From: Squalus acanthias
Taxonomy: Eukaryota
Direction of reading: 5' to 3'
Length of the DNA: 64,000 bases
Assembly (NCBI GenBank): GCA_030390025.1
Contig: CM059432.1
Location: 52,392,001-52,456,000 of the forward strand
In this document: positions 25,163-36,864 of the stretch, piece by piece
Layout of the letters: each line of letters opens with the position of its first letter
Position numbering within the stretch: the first letter of the stretch is position 1
Program-made: the position numbers and the translations under genes
Notes under the pieces: model-generated
Database searches by the model: none
What the model was told of the DNA's origin: nothing
Seen by the model: the letters and a program-made list of their open reading frames with translations, nothing else

Positions 25163-26791
25163 TGTGGAGATGCCGGTGTTGGACTGGGGTGGACAAATGT
25201 GAGAAGTTGCACAACACCAGGTTATAGTCCAACAGTTTTATTTGAAATCACAAGCTTTCGGAGCGCTGCTCCTTCGTCAGGTGGAGTGAAGAGATGCATA
25301 TAGGCACAGCATATATAGTCAGAGAACACTGCCAGATGATTACTGTTAATCTTTCCAACTGCCCTTTATCACACCTCGGCAGAGAGATAATCACGGCAAT
25401 CAAAGGTGTGGATGGTGTCCAAACAGGTCAGTCAGGAAAACATTACATCAAAGACAATGTGGCAGATGCTGGGGTCTGTATGGAAATCAAAAAACTTTCT
25501 TTGCTGGTAATCACAGCAGGTCCGGCCGCATCCGTGTAGAGAGAACAAGCCAACGACGACTCGAGTCTGGATGACTCTACGTCAGGTGGGGTTACATGTA
25601 GCATGACATGAACCCAAGATCCCGGTTGAAGCCGCCCTCATGGGTGTGGAACTTGGCTATCAGTTTCTGCTCGACGATTTTGCGTTGTCGTGTGTCTCGA
25701 AGGCCGCCTTGGAGAACGCTTACCCGAAGATCGGAGGCTGAATGTCCTTGACTGCTGAAGTGTTCCCCGACTGGGAGGGAACACTCCTGCCTGGCGATTG
25801 TTGCGCGGTGTCCGTTCATACGTTGTCGCAGTGTCTGCATGGTCTCGCCGATGTACCATGCTCCGGGGCATCCTTTCCTGCAAGGTATGAGGTAGACAAC
25901 GTTGGCCGAGTCACATGTGTATGTACCATGTACCTGGTGGGTGGTGTCCTCACGTGTGATGATGGTATCTGTGTTGATGATCTGGCATGTCTTGCAGAGG
26001 TTGCCGTGGCAGGGTTGTGTGGTGTCGTAGTCACTGTTCTCCTGAAAGCTGGGTAATTTGCTGCGAACGATGGTCTGTTTGAGGTTAGGCGGCTATTTGA
26101 AGGCGAGTAGTGGGGGCGTGGGGATGGCCTTAGCGAGGTGTTCGTCGTCATCGATGACATATTGAAGGCTGCGAAGAACATGGCGTAGTTTCTCCGCTCC
26201 GGGGAAGTACTGGACGATGTAGGGTACTCTGTTGGTTGTGTCCCGTGTTTGTCTTCTGAGGAGGTCTATGCGATTTTTCGCTGTGGCCCGTCGGAACTGT
26301 CGATCGACGAGTCGAGCGTCATATCCCGTTCTTATGAGGGCGTCTTTCAGCATCTGTAGGTGTCCATCGCGTTCCTCCTCCTCTGAGCAGATCCTGTGTA
26401 TTCGCAGGGCTTGTCCATAGGGGATGGCTTCTTTAACGTGGTTAGGGTGGAAGCTGGAGAAGTGGAGCATCATGAGGTTGTCCGTGGGCTTGCGGTAGAG
26501 TGAAGTGCTGAGGTGTCCGTCTTTGATGGAGATTCGTGTGTCCAAGAATGAAACCGATTCTGAGGAGTAGTCCATAGTGAGTTTGATGGTGGGATGGAAC
26601 TTGTTGATGTTATCGTGTAGTCTTTTCAGTGATTCCTCTGTGGGTCCCTCACCCCCACCCCAAGGATACTGGATGTCGCTCCTTCTCTCCACATCTTGCA
26701 CCAAGGCCTCCAGTGCATCATCAGAAAACCTTGATGCATGCTCTCTTGCAGGTTCAGCCATCTTGACAAAATTCTTCAAAATCAATTAACT
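25163..26791 (-). mobile_element. 5'-truncated Penelope-like retrotransposon (RT C-terminus plus GIY-YIG)
   Basis: FHPTIKLT..SFLDTRI..LYRKPTD..SSFHP peptide and GIY-YIG part (YIGET.QTLRQRMNGH...EQKLI..FNRD); 11-bp TSD TCCTGTTATGT (25152-25162 and 26792-26802). Confidence 0.9.
25248..25283 (-). ncRNA. Minimal type I hammerhead ribozyme in Penelope terminal repeat
   Basis: Reverse complement reads CAC-CUGACGA-A-GGAGC-AGC-GCUCC-GAAA-GCUU-GUGA; perfect 5-bp stem II and palindromic stem III. Confidence 0.8.
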
Positions 26792-28203
26792 TCCTGTTAT
26801 GTGCCACCTTGTTCTGCAAGAAAGAGGGAAGTGTGACATTGAGTGTCCTGGAATATGTTTGGGTGATGTGGCTGTCATGGTTGAATGGCTACTAGGGTGT
26901 GACAGCTGTGAACTGTGGGTCCAAGGCCTGCAATAGTGCTAAATGTGTGAGGGTGAGGTAAACAATGTGAATTGAAGCGTTGAGTAATGATTGATAGGCA
27001 TAGTTGATAGGTGGTTGATGGGGGTGCAGTGAATTAAGCAGTGGATGAGGCTAGTGGTGCAGTTGGTAGAATATGCCATTTGAAGATTGATCTCATTCAC
27101 CTTGACATCTCGAGTCAGATCTGCATCCATGTTCTTGTTCTTGGAGCTACACTCCTGGCATTGACCTCCGCCACTATTTCCTCCCACTGCCTCCTAAGCA
27201 TATGACGGGAGGGCCTCCTGCCCCTCACCCCCACCCCAAGGATACAGGATGTCACTCCTTCTCTCCACATCTTGCACCAAGGCCTCCAGTGCATCATCAG
27301 AAAACCTTGATGCATGCTCTCTTGCAGGTTCAGCCATCTTGACAAAATTCTTCAAAATCAATTCACTTCCTGAGACCACATCCAGCAGCCATAATGCTCC
27401 CCTTTAAGAGGTGCAGGCTAGCTTTAGGTAGTGCTAGCCACTTGCAATATTGAAACCCTTGCTGATACATGCAGCCAATGAACAGTAGCACTGGCTGCAT
27501 GCAGGAATCATGTAAAATAACAGGCAACACCAATTTAACGTGCTGCCTGCAATGCAATGAACAGGCACGGGTTAATTGCGTACCTCGATCCCCATGCCCG
27601 TTTTCGGGGTTATCCAACTTAACCTCCTGTGTTTACTCCCTAGTTCATACAATGACATAAAAGTATATAGTAACTTGAGAAACCAATCCCACTATGGCTC
27701 CCAAGCACATTAAAGCCAGGAGGCTCTGGTATCTATTTGGTGCAGTAAAACTGTAGCCCAAAGCTGCATTTTAAGATCCAATAGATCATTTCGAAACTTA
27801 TAAATCTTTGTATGGAAATTTTTAATGCTGGAATAAATAGGACAGTTTGGGGTAAAAATTAGGTCGCGCCCCATTTGGGGCGCAAATATCGTCTGGACGC
27901 AAATATTAGCGCCTGGCGCTAATTATCGGCACTGACTGGAAACTTCACTTTTACCGCCCCGGGAGGTGAGTGGAGCGCTAAATCAGGCGCTGCACACCTG
28001 TCTTAAGGCGCAAAGGCCAAGGAGTGAGGCGCTAACTCAGCGCGCGAGCGCAGCTGCTGCCAGTTAGCGAGGGAACACAGACACACTGGCGCCGGCCACT
28101 TCTTAAAGCGGGGGGGGGCCAACTTGCTCCCCAGCCACACCCTGCTCATTGCAGCCTTGAATCTCGGCCTGGAGAGACCTGTGAATCCATTTTGCTGCCA
28201 AGC

Positions 28204-30084
28204 ATGGAGAGGGTGAGAGAACGCGCTCATCGCTTCACCGAGCGGGACTTGGATGCTCTGGTTGGCGCGGTGGAGCGCAGAAGATGTATGCTCTTCCCTG
28301 AGAATGGCAGGAGGCCTTTGCCACGCGAGTTCAGAAGAGTGTGGAGGGAGGTGGCTCAGAGCGTCTTCTCCAGGAGCATGGTGCCCAGGACCCATACTCA
28401 ATGCCGCAAAAAGTTCAACGACCTCACTCGGGTCGTCAGGGTGAGTGGCTTTTTCTCAATACCTCTCCATCCCTCCATCTCAACCTCACTCTATGGCCAG
28501 AGGGTCTTAAAACCCCAATGCACAACACTCATCCAACACCTATGGCCCTTTCATCAAACACACACACACATTCCACACTTTGCATACAGTAAGGGCTATT
28601 CACCTATGGGAGGCACATCAGGCAAGACCATGGCTGTATACAATAAGGGCTATTCACCTATGGGAGGCACATCAGGCAAGACCATGGCTGTATACAGTAA
28701 GGGCTATTCACCTATGGGAGGCACATCAGGCAAGACCATGGCTGTATATTTACTCAGATGCTGTCCTTTTTCTTACAGGCCAAGCTGGCGCATAATCGGA
28801 GACAGCAGCAACGGTCAGGTGGAGGGCGGCCTCAGCTGCAACCCCTCAGTGATCTTGAGGAGCGCGTCCACAGGATTGTGGCAAGCCGGGTGATCGGTTC
28901 CGTCGCCACTGGAGACGCCGACCCCGTTCTGGACAGCAATGGTAAGGTCATCACCTTTTTGTCCTCTGTCCTTCCACTTGTCCCTCACAACACCAGCCTT
29001 TGACACTTTCAATCCAACTTGCTAACTCGCTGCACTTATTCCTCCCTTACTGCCACCCTGTCCTCACGCTAAAGCCACTCTTGTACCTCCCTGCTTTCAG
29101 ATGGTGATTCACCAGCTGAGGAGACGGGCCCTGAAGCTGCCACTGGGAGTGATGCTGCAGCTGAGGAGAAAGAGGAAGCCGGAGCATCAGTGCCACCCTC
29201 TCCCGAGGAAGCCCATGCCCACACTGGGAACACGCCTTCCCTGGAGGGGACCAGGGGGGAAGGGTCTGATGAGGGTGAAGCTCCAGGACCCAGCGGGCTG
29301 CAGCAACGCCATGGGGGGGGGGGGTAGGGAAGAACGGGGGCCTTCTCCCCAGAGGGAGAGTATGCCAGACACTCCTACTGCAATGGACGCAGAGGAGGAG
29401 CGGCTGATCGCAGAAATGAACACCCAGGCGGTGGGCATGCACACTGAGCTCATGGGTGCAGTGGGAAGGGTGCCCGAATGCATTGAGTCACTGGCAAGGA
29501 GTGTGGAGCACTTCGCTGTAGCACAGGCGGATGCCACACTAACGCTTAGTGCTGCAATTCAGTCACTGGCTGCCGTGATCCCATCTCTGACTGCTCTCAT
29601 ACAGACTCAGATTGAGGCCACGCGAGCACAGACTGCTGCCAACCTCGATGGTTCGTGCACATGTCCCTGGGGCTGTCACCGCGCCGCAGCAGGCCAGCAA
29701 TCTGTTCTCCAGCAGATTGCTCCGGATGCTGAAGTGCTGCCCCATGGGAGTGCCAGTGTGTCGGGCGAGCAGGGAGTTGCTGTCCTCTCTCACGATGACA
29801 GCATTCCTGCTGCCAACACTGTCACTTCTCCACTGCACTTGCCACCGCCTGTAGGACAGACTGCTGCCGCCCATGCAGAGTTGGTGCAGTCTGCAGCCGG
29901 GCCCTCCAGGCCCAGAACTGGTCGAGGCCGTCCTTCAGGGGCATCTGCAGTGTCAGGGTCTGACGAGCAGCAGCCTTCCACCAGCCTTGCTGCAGCCACT
30001 GAGGTCCCATTACGGAGGAGCAGTAGGGTTAGAAGGGGGGAAGTGCGCAAGGGAAGGAGATCACCCTCGAAGGGCAAAAAGTAG
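28204..30084 (+). pseudogene. Harbinger Myb/SANT-like DNA-binding partner gene, copy 1, frameshifted in exon 3
   Basis: Exons 28204-28440, 28779-28941 and 29101-30084 with GT-AG introns. Myb/SANT motif RFTERDLDALV..WREVA..QCRKKFNDL. A G12 run at 29313-29324 (G5 in copy 2) puts TAG 29325-29327 in frame, giving ~208 aa. Confidence 0.85.
28585..28746 (+). repeat. 54-bp tandem repeat x3 in intron 1 of the Myb-like gene
   Basis: Unit TACAGTAAGGGCTATTCACCTATGGGAGGCACATCAGGCAAGACCATGGCTGTA; two units in copy 2 (37246-37353). Confidence 0.95.
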
Positions 30085-30382
30085 GAGGTGTGACAAAATG
30101 CTGGTCATTTTTTTATTAAAGGTCGAGGTTCATGGTCCAACTTTTGTTTAGTGTTTTGGACATTATCTCCAGGTTGTGAGAACCAGTTATGTTATTGACT
30201 GTTTTTTTGTGTTTATTTCTATGAGTTTGTCATGAGGAATTGACACACACAGAGTTTGTAAAATAAATAAGTTTCTGTATTCAAAATATACATGGTTGGT
30301 GGTTGGAATTATTGGTGCCTTGGCTGGCTTAGGGGTTACGTGCTGGCTGGGTTCATTAATGTTGTTAGCAATGGCTGGGGCC

Positions 30383-31543
30383 CTAGAAGCGGCTTGCTAT
30401 TAGCCGTTGACGGACGGCCCTTGCAGTTTGACCATTGTGGGCCGCCCTCCCGCCTTGGTGCTGCTGATGATCATCGTCCTCGTCCTCTTCCTCCTCTTCC
30501 TCCTCCTCCTCTGGTGGTGCTCCAAGGCCTGGTGGCATTGGCTGGGTCCTGATGATTGCCATGTTATGCAACATGCAGCACACGACTACGAAGTTCGATA
30601 CTCGCTCAGGCGAGTACTGCAGGGCTCCTCCAGAATGGTCGAGACAGCGGAACCGTTGCTTCAGCACGCCGATTGTGCGCTCAATTATGTTCCTGGTAGC
30701 TTGATGTCTCTCATTGTACCGCAGCTCAGCAGGGGTGTTGGGCGTACGGAGCGGTGTCATCAGCCAGGTGCTCAATGCATACCCCTTGTCCCCGAGAAGC
30801 CAACCAACTGGCTGATGCGGTGCCTCGAAAAGTTCTGCCACAGTAGTCTGGCGCAGGATAAAAGCATCGTGGCAGCTGCCAGGATACTGGGCATTGACAG
30901 CGAGTATCAGCTGTCTGTGGTCACAGACCAACTGGACATTCAAGGAATGGAACCCCTTTCTGTTCCTGAATTCCTCGGCATTCTCATGCGGAGCACGCAA
31001 AGCCACATGCGTGCAGTCAATGGCGCCCTGCACCATGGGGAAGCCCGCTACCCTCGCAAAGCCCAGAGCGCGGTCACGCTGCTTGTCTGGGGTCATGGGG
31101 AAAGAGATGAACTCTCGTCTCCTTTTAAAGAGGGCATTTGTGACCTGCCGGATGCAGCAATGCACCGCGAACTGGGAGATATTGGCGAGGTCCCCAGCAG
31201 CAGCTTGAAATGAGCCAGTAGCGTAAAAGTTCAAAGCCACTGTGACCTTCACTGCCACCGACAGAGACGTCCTGGACCTCAGTTGAGGCTGCAGATCTGG
31301 CTGCAGCAGGTGGCAGAGCTCAGTGACCACCTCCTTGCTGAATCGCAGCCTTCGCAAACACAGCTCCTCGGACATATGGATGTAGGAGAGCTGTTCACGA
31401 TATACCCTGGGAGGGTAAGCTCTCCTGTACATACGCCTGATGGCCCTCCTCCGTCTGGCCATCATTGCCACTCTCTCTCTGCGTCTCTGTATCCTCCGAT
31501 TCAGCTGGAGCAGGACGACGCCCCCAATCAGTGCAGCCCCCAT
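30383..31543 (-). CDS. Harbinger DDE transposase (HARBI1-like family), 386 aa, intact
   Basis: Uninterrupted ORF from ATG 31543 with motifs GAIDCTH, NRKGFHSLNVQ, PGSCHDAFI, LLGDKGY, IIERTIGVLKQRFRCL and CCMLHN, plus an acidic tail. Confidence 0.95.
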   Translation of the reverse strand: MGAALIGGVVLLQLNRRIQRRRERVAMMARRRRAIRRMYRRAYPPRVYREQLSYIHMSEELCLRRLRFSKEVVTELCHLLQPDLQPQLRSRTSLSVAVKVTVALNFYATGSFQAAAGDLANISQFAVHCCIRQVTNALFKRRREFISFPMTPDKQRDRALGFARVAGFPMVQGAIDCTHVALRAPHENAEEFRNRKGFHSLNVQLVCDHRQLILAVNAQYPGSCHDAFILRQTTVAELFEAPHQPVGWLLGDKGYALSTWLMTPLRTPNTPAELRYNERHQATRNIIERTIGVLKQRFRCLDHSGGALQYSPERVSNFVVVCCMLHNMAIIRTQPMPPGLGAPPEEEEEEEEEDEDDDHQQHQGGRAAHNGQTARAVRQRLIASRF

Positions 31544-33609
31544 ATTCTCTTTGCAAGCAAAGTAATGAAGGACAGCAACTAAAGTACCAGCGAAGTTAGG
31601 ATCAATAGGCAAAACTACCTCACAAAGCGTTGAGTCAATGTAGAAGTCTCTCTTTCTCTCTCTCCGAATCTCTCTCTCTCTCTCAGAACGAGTGGTGCAA
31701 AAATGTCGACCACAGAAAAAGACAGGAAGAGGCCCCCTTTAAATAGCGCCCCCCCCAGCCCCACAGCGATTGATAGCGTTCCAGTCTTCCGGTCGTTGGA
31801 AGCGCCAGGCGGTAAGGCAGGGGGCGCCACTCAATTTCCGCTCCGGGGCGCCACAAGGGCGTTGTACCATGGAATGACGTCACAATCTGCGCGCGCAGGT
31901 GGTCGCAGCGGTAAGTTTTAGCGCCGCCGCACAATCTCTAGTTAAGTTCCCGAGCGGCACAAACATCGCTGCGCCCGGGCGTTAGCGGCTTTGCGCCCCA
32001 TTAGCGCCCTCTTAAGGCGCTAACGGGAGGCGCAACCAACTGAATTTTTACCCCTTTGTCTGTGCTTCCTTAACATGAAAAAAGTATTGTCTGGGGAGTA
32101 GAGTTCTGTGCATGTCTCCAAGGATGGTCTGCTAAATGCATATTGCACTCCGCAGACTGATTCAAGACCAAGGGCTGCAGTATAACTGAGGGAATTAGCT
32201 TCGTGGAGTTACTGAGTTCCATGCGGAAGCCAAATTAGCATCAGTAGAAATGAATCCATTAAGCCAGATACTTCAACAAATTTGCCATTTAAGCTGAGTG
32301 TGTTAAAGAGCAATATATTGTATTGTATATTGTCTACACAGACATTTAAAAACACTTTTATTGTTTTGCGAACAAACAATCTTATCCAGCTGCCAATTTG
32401 ATCACTGGGTCATCGATGAGATCAGCAGTCCTTCCTGGTTTAATTTTACATTTTTATTAACGCTACCGTGTTAAACCAGCCATCGCGTATAGTGGGCAAA
32501 TCATGTTCCCACAAACATGACCGCTATAAGCGATAGGGACTGTACCAGAATTGTGTCCAGCACTGTTAAAATAAACATTCAAAGCAGGGATTGCAACGCC
32601 CACTTAAGAGGTTTATTCCCGCTTTAAATAGGGCCTCAGGCGATCTGACAGAAATTGCATGCATAAAGTGGGCAGTCTGTCAGAGTCCCGACACGATCAG
32701 GTGGACAGGCCGGCAATCAGATTGAAATGAGGCCTGAGAGTTAAAATCACCTTTGCCTCACTCCGGCGACATCATGGGGGCTACCTGCTCAGCCGCCCAC
32801 TCCCGTTGCCTGCTCAATTTATGGCCCAAGTTGAAAACGGAATCAATGTGTTGCTGTAGGATTTAAAAGGAAAGCATTGATCATCATCATCATCATCACC
32901 ACCTTTACTGCAGCAAACAAAGTTCAGAGCAGAAGGAATGTCTCGCAGGTCTGCAGGAGAACAGAGAGCCCCCAGATTCACAAATGCAGCAGTGGCCAAT
33001 TACAGTGTCCCCATGAACTGAGGTCAACTAACTCAGCACAGGGCAGGGTTTGAAACGGATGATTTGAGCCTCCCTGGTCTGTACCAGACTCAGCATTTTC
33101 CTCTAAACCTTTAGAGGGTTGTTTCTTTATGATTTTGACACATTGTTTGTCCATCATTTAAAAAAACCAATTACAATAGAGTTTATGTAAATTAGTGACA
33201 TGTTTGGATTAGAAAGGCTCCATTAACAAATTATCTAGTGATTTTAAAATGTGATAACTTATTGGAAGCAGAAAGAAATTACTAATTTGCTGGAAGCAGA
33301 CATCAATCAATGTAAATTTTGTTCAGAGTAGCAAGGAGATCATATGGCACCAGTCTTAAATCATTGTGTTATCTAAGCTAGTTTGAAATATGCCAGTGAT
33401 TTATCTGAGTACCTGTCACAAATCTATCTCATGAGTCGTTTAATGAGTCTTTGTCTCAAAATAGCTCAGAACATTTGAGCCTGTACAGACTAGTCCTTGT
33501 AGTCCATTGGATAAAGTACACAAAACAACATTCTGGGTAGAATGTTCCTGATGCTTTTATTTATTTCTCTCACTATTTCCCCCCTCCTCTCTGCCTAAAG
33601 GTGTTATCT

Positions 33610-33955
33610 CCTTGCTGTGGTACAGTTCATTGGGTGCTGCTTGCCTTTAGCTACCTCCTCCAATGACCACTATTTTTGTTTTAGCTGAACAGTGAGTGTT
33701 GACAGGCTATACAATGATTGGAGGTCACAGCCAAGCCCAATGTTGTCCTCACACAATGTCCACATGTGAGCACACACAGCAATGGTTAATTTTTCCCTCT
33801 TTAACCTAGGGGTACTGAAGACAATTGTATCTCCCTGTTTGCTGCCTTGGCTGAGATCAGCTAGCACAGTACAGACCAGGGATCATACCTGGGATCTTCT
33901 TGGTCTGTGCGCTCAGCTACTCATTAGATATACTTGCTGGGCCATCGGGGGGGAG
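33610..33955 (-). mobile_element. LF-SINE-like SINE
   Basis: Reverse complement CAGACCAAGAAGATCCCAGGTATGATCCCTGGTCTGT..TAGCTGATCTCAGCC..TAGCCTGTCAACACTCACTG matches the LF-SINE layout as recalled. Confidence 0.65.
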
Positions 33956-34519
33956 TTTCCTCTTGATTTCATTCAAAGCTATAAAAAAAATATATACATT
34001 TGGTTCCTATCACAATTTTGTGATTTCAGAACGGAGCAAAATAATTATATTGTTACTGTATAGACATTTTCAGACTTTTTGAAATAATCAGAAGACATCT
34101 TTGTTCTAAATACTGCATCTCTGCTACCATTTTAATTTTCTGAACTGGCTATTACTTGTGCACACTGCTACTTTAAAGACCAATGCAAGCACTGTTATGG
34201 TGAGCCCTAATCATGTACAAAGCTACTTTGCATTATGGAAAGTTCAGTTTGTATCATCAGTATCAAAACTGAATTCTCAGAATTAGGGTGATAACACAAT
34301 TCCTTCCGAAGAGATCGCTGTAGAAATTTCTTGGGATAGGAATAACCGCCTAAAACCATCAGTGGATATCATTAGCATCAATTGTGCTACCTCTTTTGTT
34401 CATATATGATTGCCTGAATAAAGTTAATTCTGAAATCAAATTGGGAGGAAATGTTGTTTCCTCTCTATATTCATAAAGCCACAAAAAAAGAACAGCATAG
34501 GAACACAAAGTACAAGAGT

Positions 34520-35077
34520 AAAGGAATAACAAGAAATTTAAACAGGACATGGTTGGACCACAGTTAGAGTACTGTGTACAGTTTTGCATGTCCCATTATA
34601 AAAAGGACGTTAAAGTCACAGAGAATGTACAGTGTAGGTTCAACAGGATGATGCTGAGGATAGTAAATTAGTTATGAGGAAAGACATGAGAGAGTGGGAT
34701 TGTTTCCACTGGAGCCCAGATGGCTATAAGGAGTTTTAATACAAGTTTTTTAAATTATGAAGAGTTTTGATAGACTGAATAGGCAAAGACTATTTCCTTT
34801 GGCTGGGGAGTCAGAGTTGAGGGGTCATCAACTCAAAATTATCAGCAAAGAGTGAGGAGAAAGGTTAGGAAAAACTTTATTACACGGAGGGTTTTTGGAG
34901 TATCAAATGCTTTGACACAGGTTGAGGCAGAGACTATTCCATTTTTATAGGAAAAATTGGATAAATATTTGAAGTAGATGAAGGTGGGAGTGAGCAGGGC
35001 CTTGGAATTAGATTTGGATTGCTCTGACAAAGAGCCGGCATAGACACAATGGGCCAAATGGCCTCCATCTGTGCTGT
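34520..35077 (+). mobile_element. Degenerate CR1 3' fragment
   Basis: Decayed VGPQLEYCVQF..., RKNFITRRV and GGGCCAAATGGCCT 3' UTR motif. Confidence 0.75.
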
Positions 35078-36864
35078 AAACCTCAGGGAGGCCACAACCA
35101 CAGGTAGGTTTCTTAAAAAAATTCTTACCTGAATGTGGAGCCAGGAGGAGCAGGATTGCTCCTTCTGACTCCACAGGAGTTCCAAAGACATTGCCGGCCG
35201 CCGCTCGGCTTCCCCCCATCACCTCTCCCCCTCCCAGGACCTACCTGAGGGTCACTGCCGGCATAGTAGTGGCCCAGAATTGATGTCTGCTTTGCCAGCA
35301 AGCTACCTGCGGAGCCGGTCTAATTTAAAAGAGGCCAGAGATCCAATTTTGATCGAGCCCTCGGACTTACCTGTTCTGCCGCAGGGATCGTCTCCTGCGT
35401 CCAGTTTGTGTCAGCAGGCTGCGCTATCGAATTTCTACTCCTTGATATCTGCTGCAGGGCACATTGTCCTCAAATTTGCTGATGCAGATGTGTAAGTGCT
35501 TGGTCAGAAGATTAGGGACAGGAGGAAGGTTCTCTCTGGAACAGGGAGATGGACCCCAGTGAAGGCAGCTCAGGGCTAATTGAAAGTTCCAACTATAAGT
35601 GCCAACTTCATGGGGGTCGATTTTAACTGTTCCTATCCAGATAGTTTACTGGATATATTTCTGGGACTCCTGCCATCCAATAATACCCCACTTAAGAGGC
35701 CATTCTTCATGTGTGAGGGTAGGTAGTGAGTGTAGGCAGATTGCCTACTCACGGAAGACATAGAGATGAACTCAATTCTGTTCTCATCTGAAATCCACAC
35801 ATACACAGTTTCCAGCATGGGTCACTGTGCAATGATCAGGAATGCTGGTATAGCTCCCTCTCTGTATCCCAAAAATACTAAGGCGGAAAAATTCGTTAGG
35901 TTAGCGTCTCCCATTAGCGCCTGCAGAGGGCGGTAACGGGCCCTGATGCAGTAGTGCCGGGGCGAGGTGAATCCAGTGCCGCACGGCAAATCCCCCATTG
36001 CGCTGCCGGTACGAGGAACTGCCGGGGATTTCAACGGCAGGCAGATTGTGACGTCAGTGAGCATACAACGCTCACCGGGCGCCCGATCTGCAAAATTCAT
36101 TGTCACCACTTTGCGCCTCGACCAGACAGCGACAGGGAGAGCAGGCGCACAGCTGACGGAAGCTGGCTCCAGAGACATTTATTGTTCAAAGATTCAAACC
36201 GCTACACTTGGCAACATTAATGGGGGCTGTACTGGCATGCCACCTCGCCCTCCAGGATCTACGGTGGAGGGAGCGTAGGCAACGAGAAATACGGGAACAT
36301 GAGTGCAGAGGGATGAGGAGGGACATCAGGGCTCTCACCAGGAGAACTTACCCTCCGAGGGTATTCCGACAGCATTTCTCCTACCTTCAATTAAGCGAGG
36401 AGCAGTGTATTAGACGGCTCCACATCACCAAGGTGGTGGTCACAGAACTCTGCCACCTCCCCCAAACAGACCTCCAGCCTCACAGCAGGATGACTTAAAC
36501 CCCAGGGGGGAAAAATTAGGTCGCGCCCCATTTGGGGCGCAAATATCGTCTGGACGCAAATATTAGCGCCTGGCGCTAATTATCGCCACTGACTGGAAAC
36601 TTCACTTTTACCGCCCCGGGAGGTGAGTGGAGCGCTAAATCAGGCGCTGCACACCTGTCTTAAGGCGCAAAGGCCGAGCAGTGAGGCGCTAACTCAGAGC
36701 GCGAGCGCAGCGCAGGTGCTGCCAGTTAGCGAGGGAACACAGACACACTGGCGCCGGCCAGTTCTTAAAGCGGGGGGGGCCAACTTGCTCCCCAGCCACA
36801 CCCTGCTCATTGCAGCCTTGAATCTCGGCCTGGAGAGACCTGTGAATCCATTTTGCTGCCAAGG

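Larger units (their letters stand above)
23915..27337 (-). pseudogene. Degenerate three-exon Harbinger Myb/SANT-like gene interrupted by Penelope
   Basis: Exon 1 from ATG 27337 (MAEPAREHASRFSDDALEALVQDVERR) to a donor near 27100. Exon 2 (NKVAHNRRQQERTEGGQ) is split at 26791/25163. Acidic and coiled-coil exon 3 lies in ORF 24224-25120. Confidence 0.8.
27849..32054 (+). mobile_element. Full-length PIF/Harbinger DNA transposon, copy 1 (4206 bp)
   Basis: Perfect 12-bp TIRs GGGGTAAAAATT / AATTTTTACCCC, 3-bp TSD TTT, two convergent genes. Confidence 0.97.

Noticed and set aside
28585..28746. CRISPR-like array
   Set aside because: Head-to-tail tandem units with no unique spacers, in a eukaryotic intron.
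29101..30084. Stand-alone 327-aa protein
   Set aside because: It is exon 3 of the spliced Myb gene; its first ~70 residues are out of frame relative to copy 2 because of the G-tract.
30407..31213. 268-aa + strand ORF (also 39021-39827)
   Set aside because: Antisense shadow of the GC-rich transposase; no recognisable domain, and conservation is explained by the opposite strand.
30383..31543. Host domesticated HARBI1 gene
   Set aside because: The ORF lies between TIRs and TSDs with a Myb partner and occurs twice, so it is a transposon gene; no gene symbol assigned.
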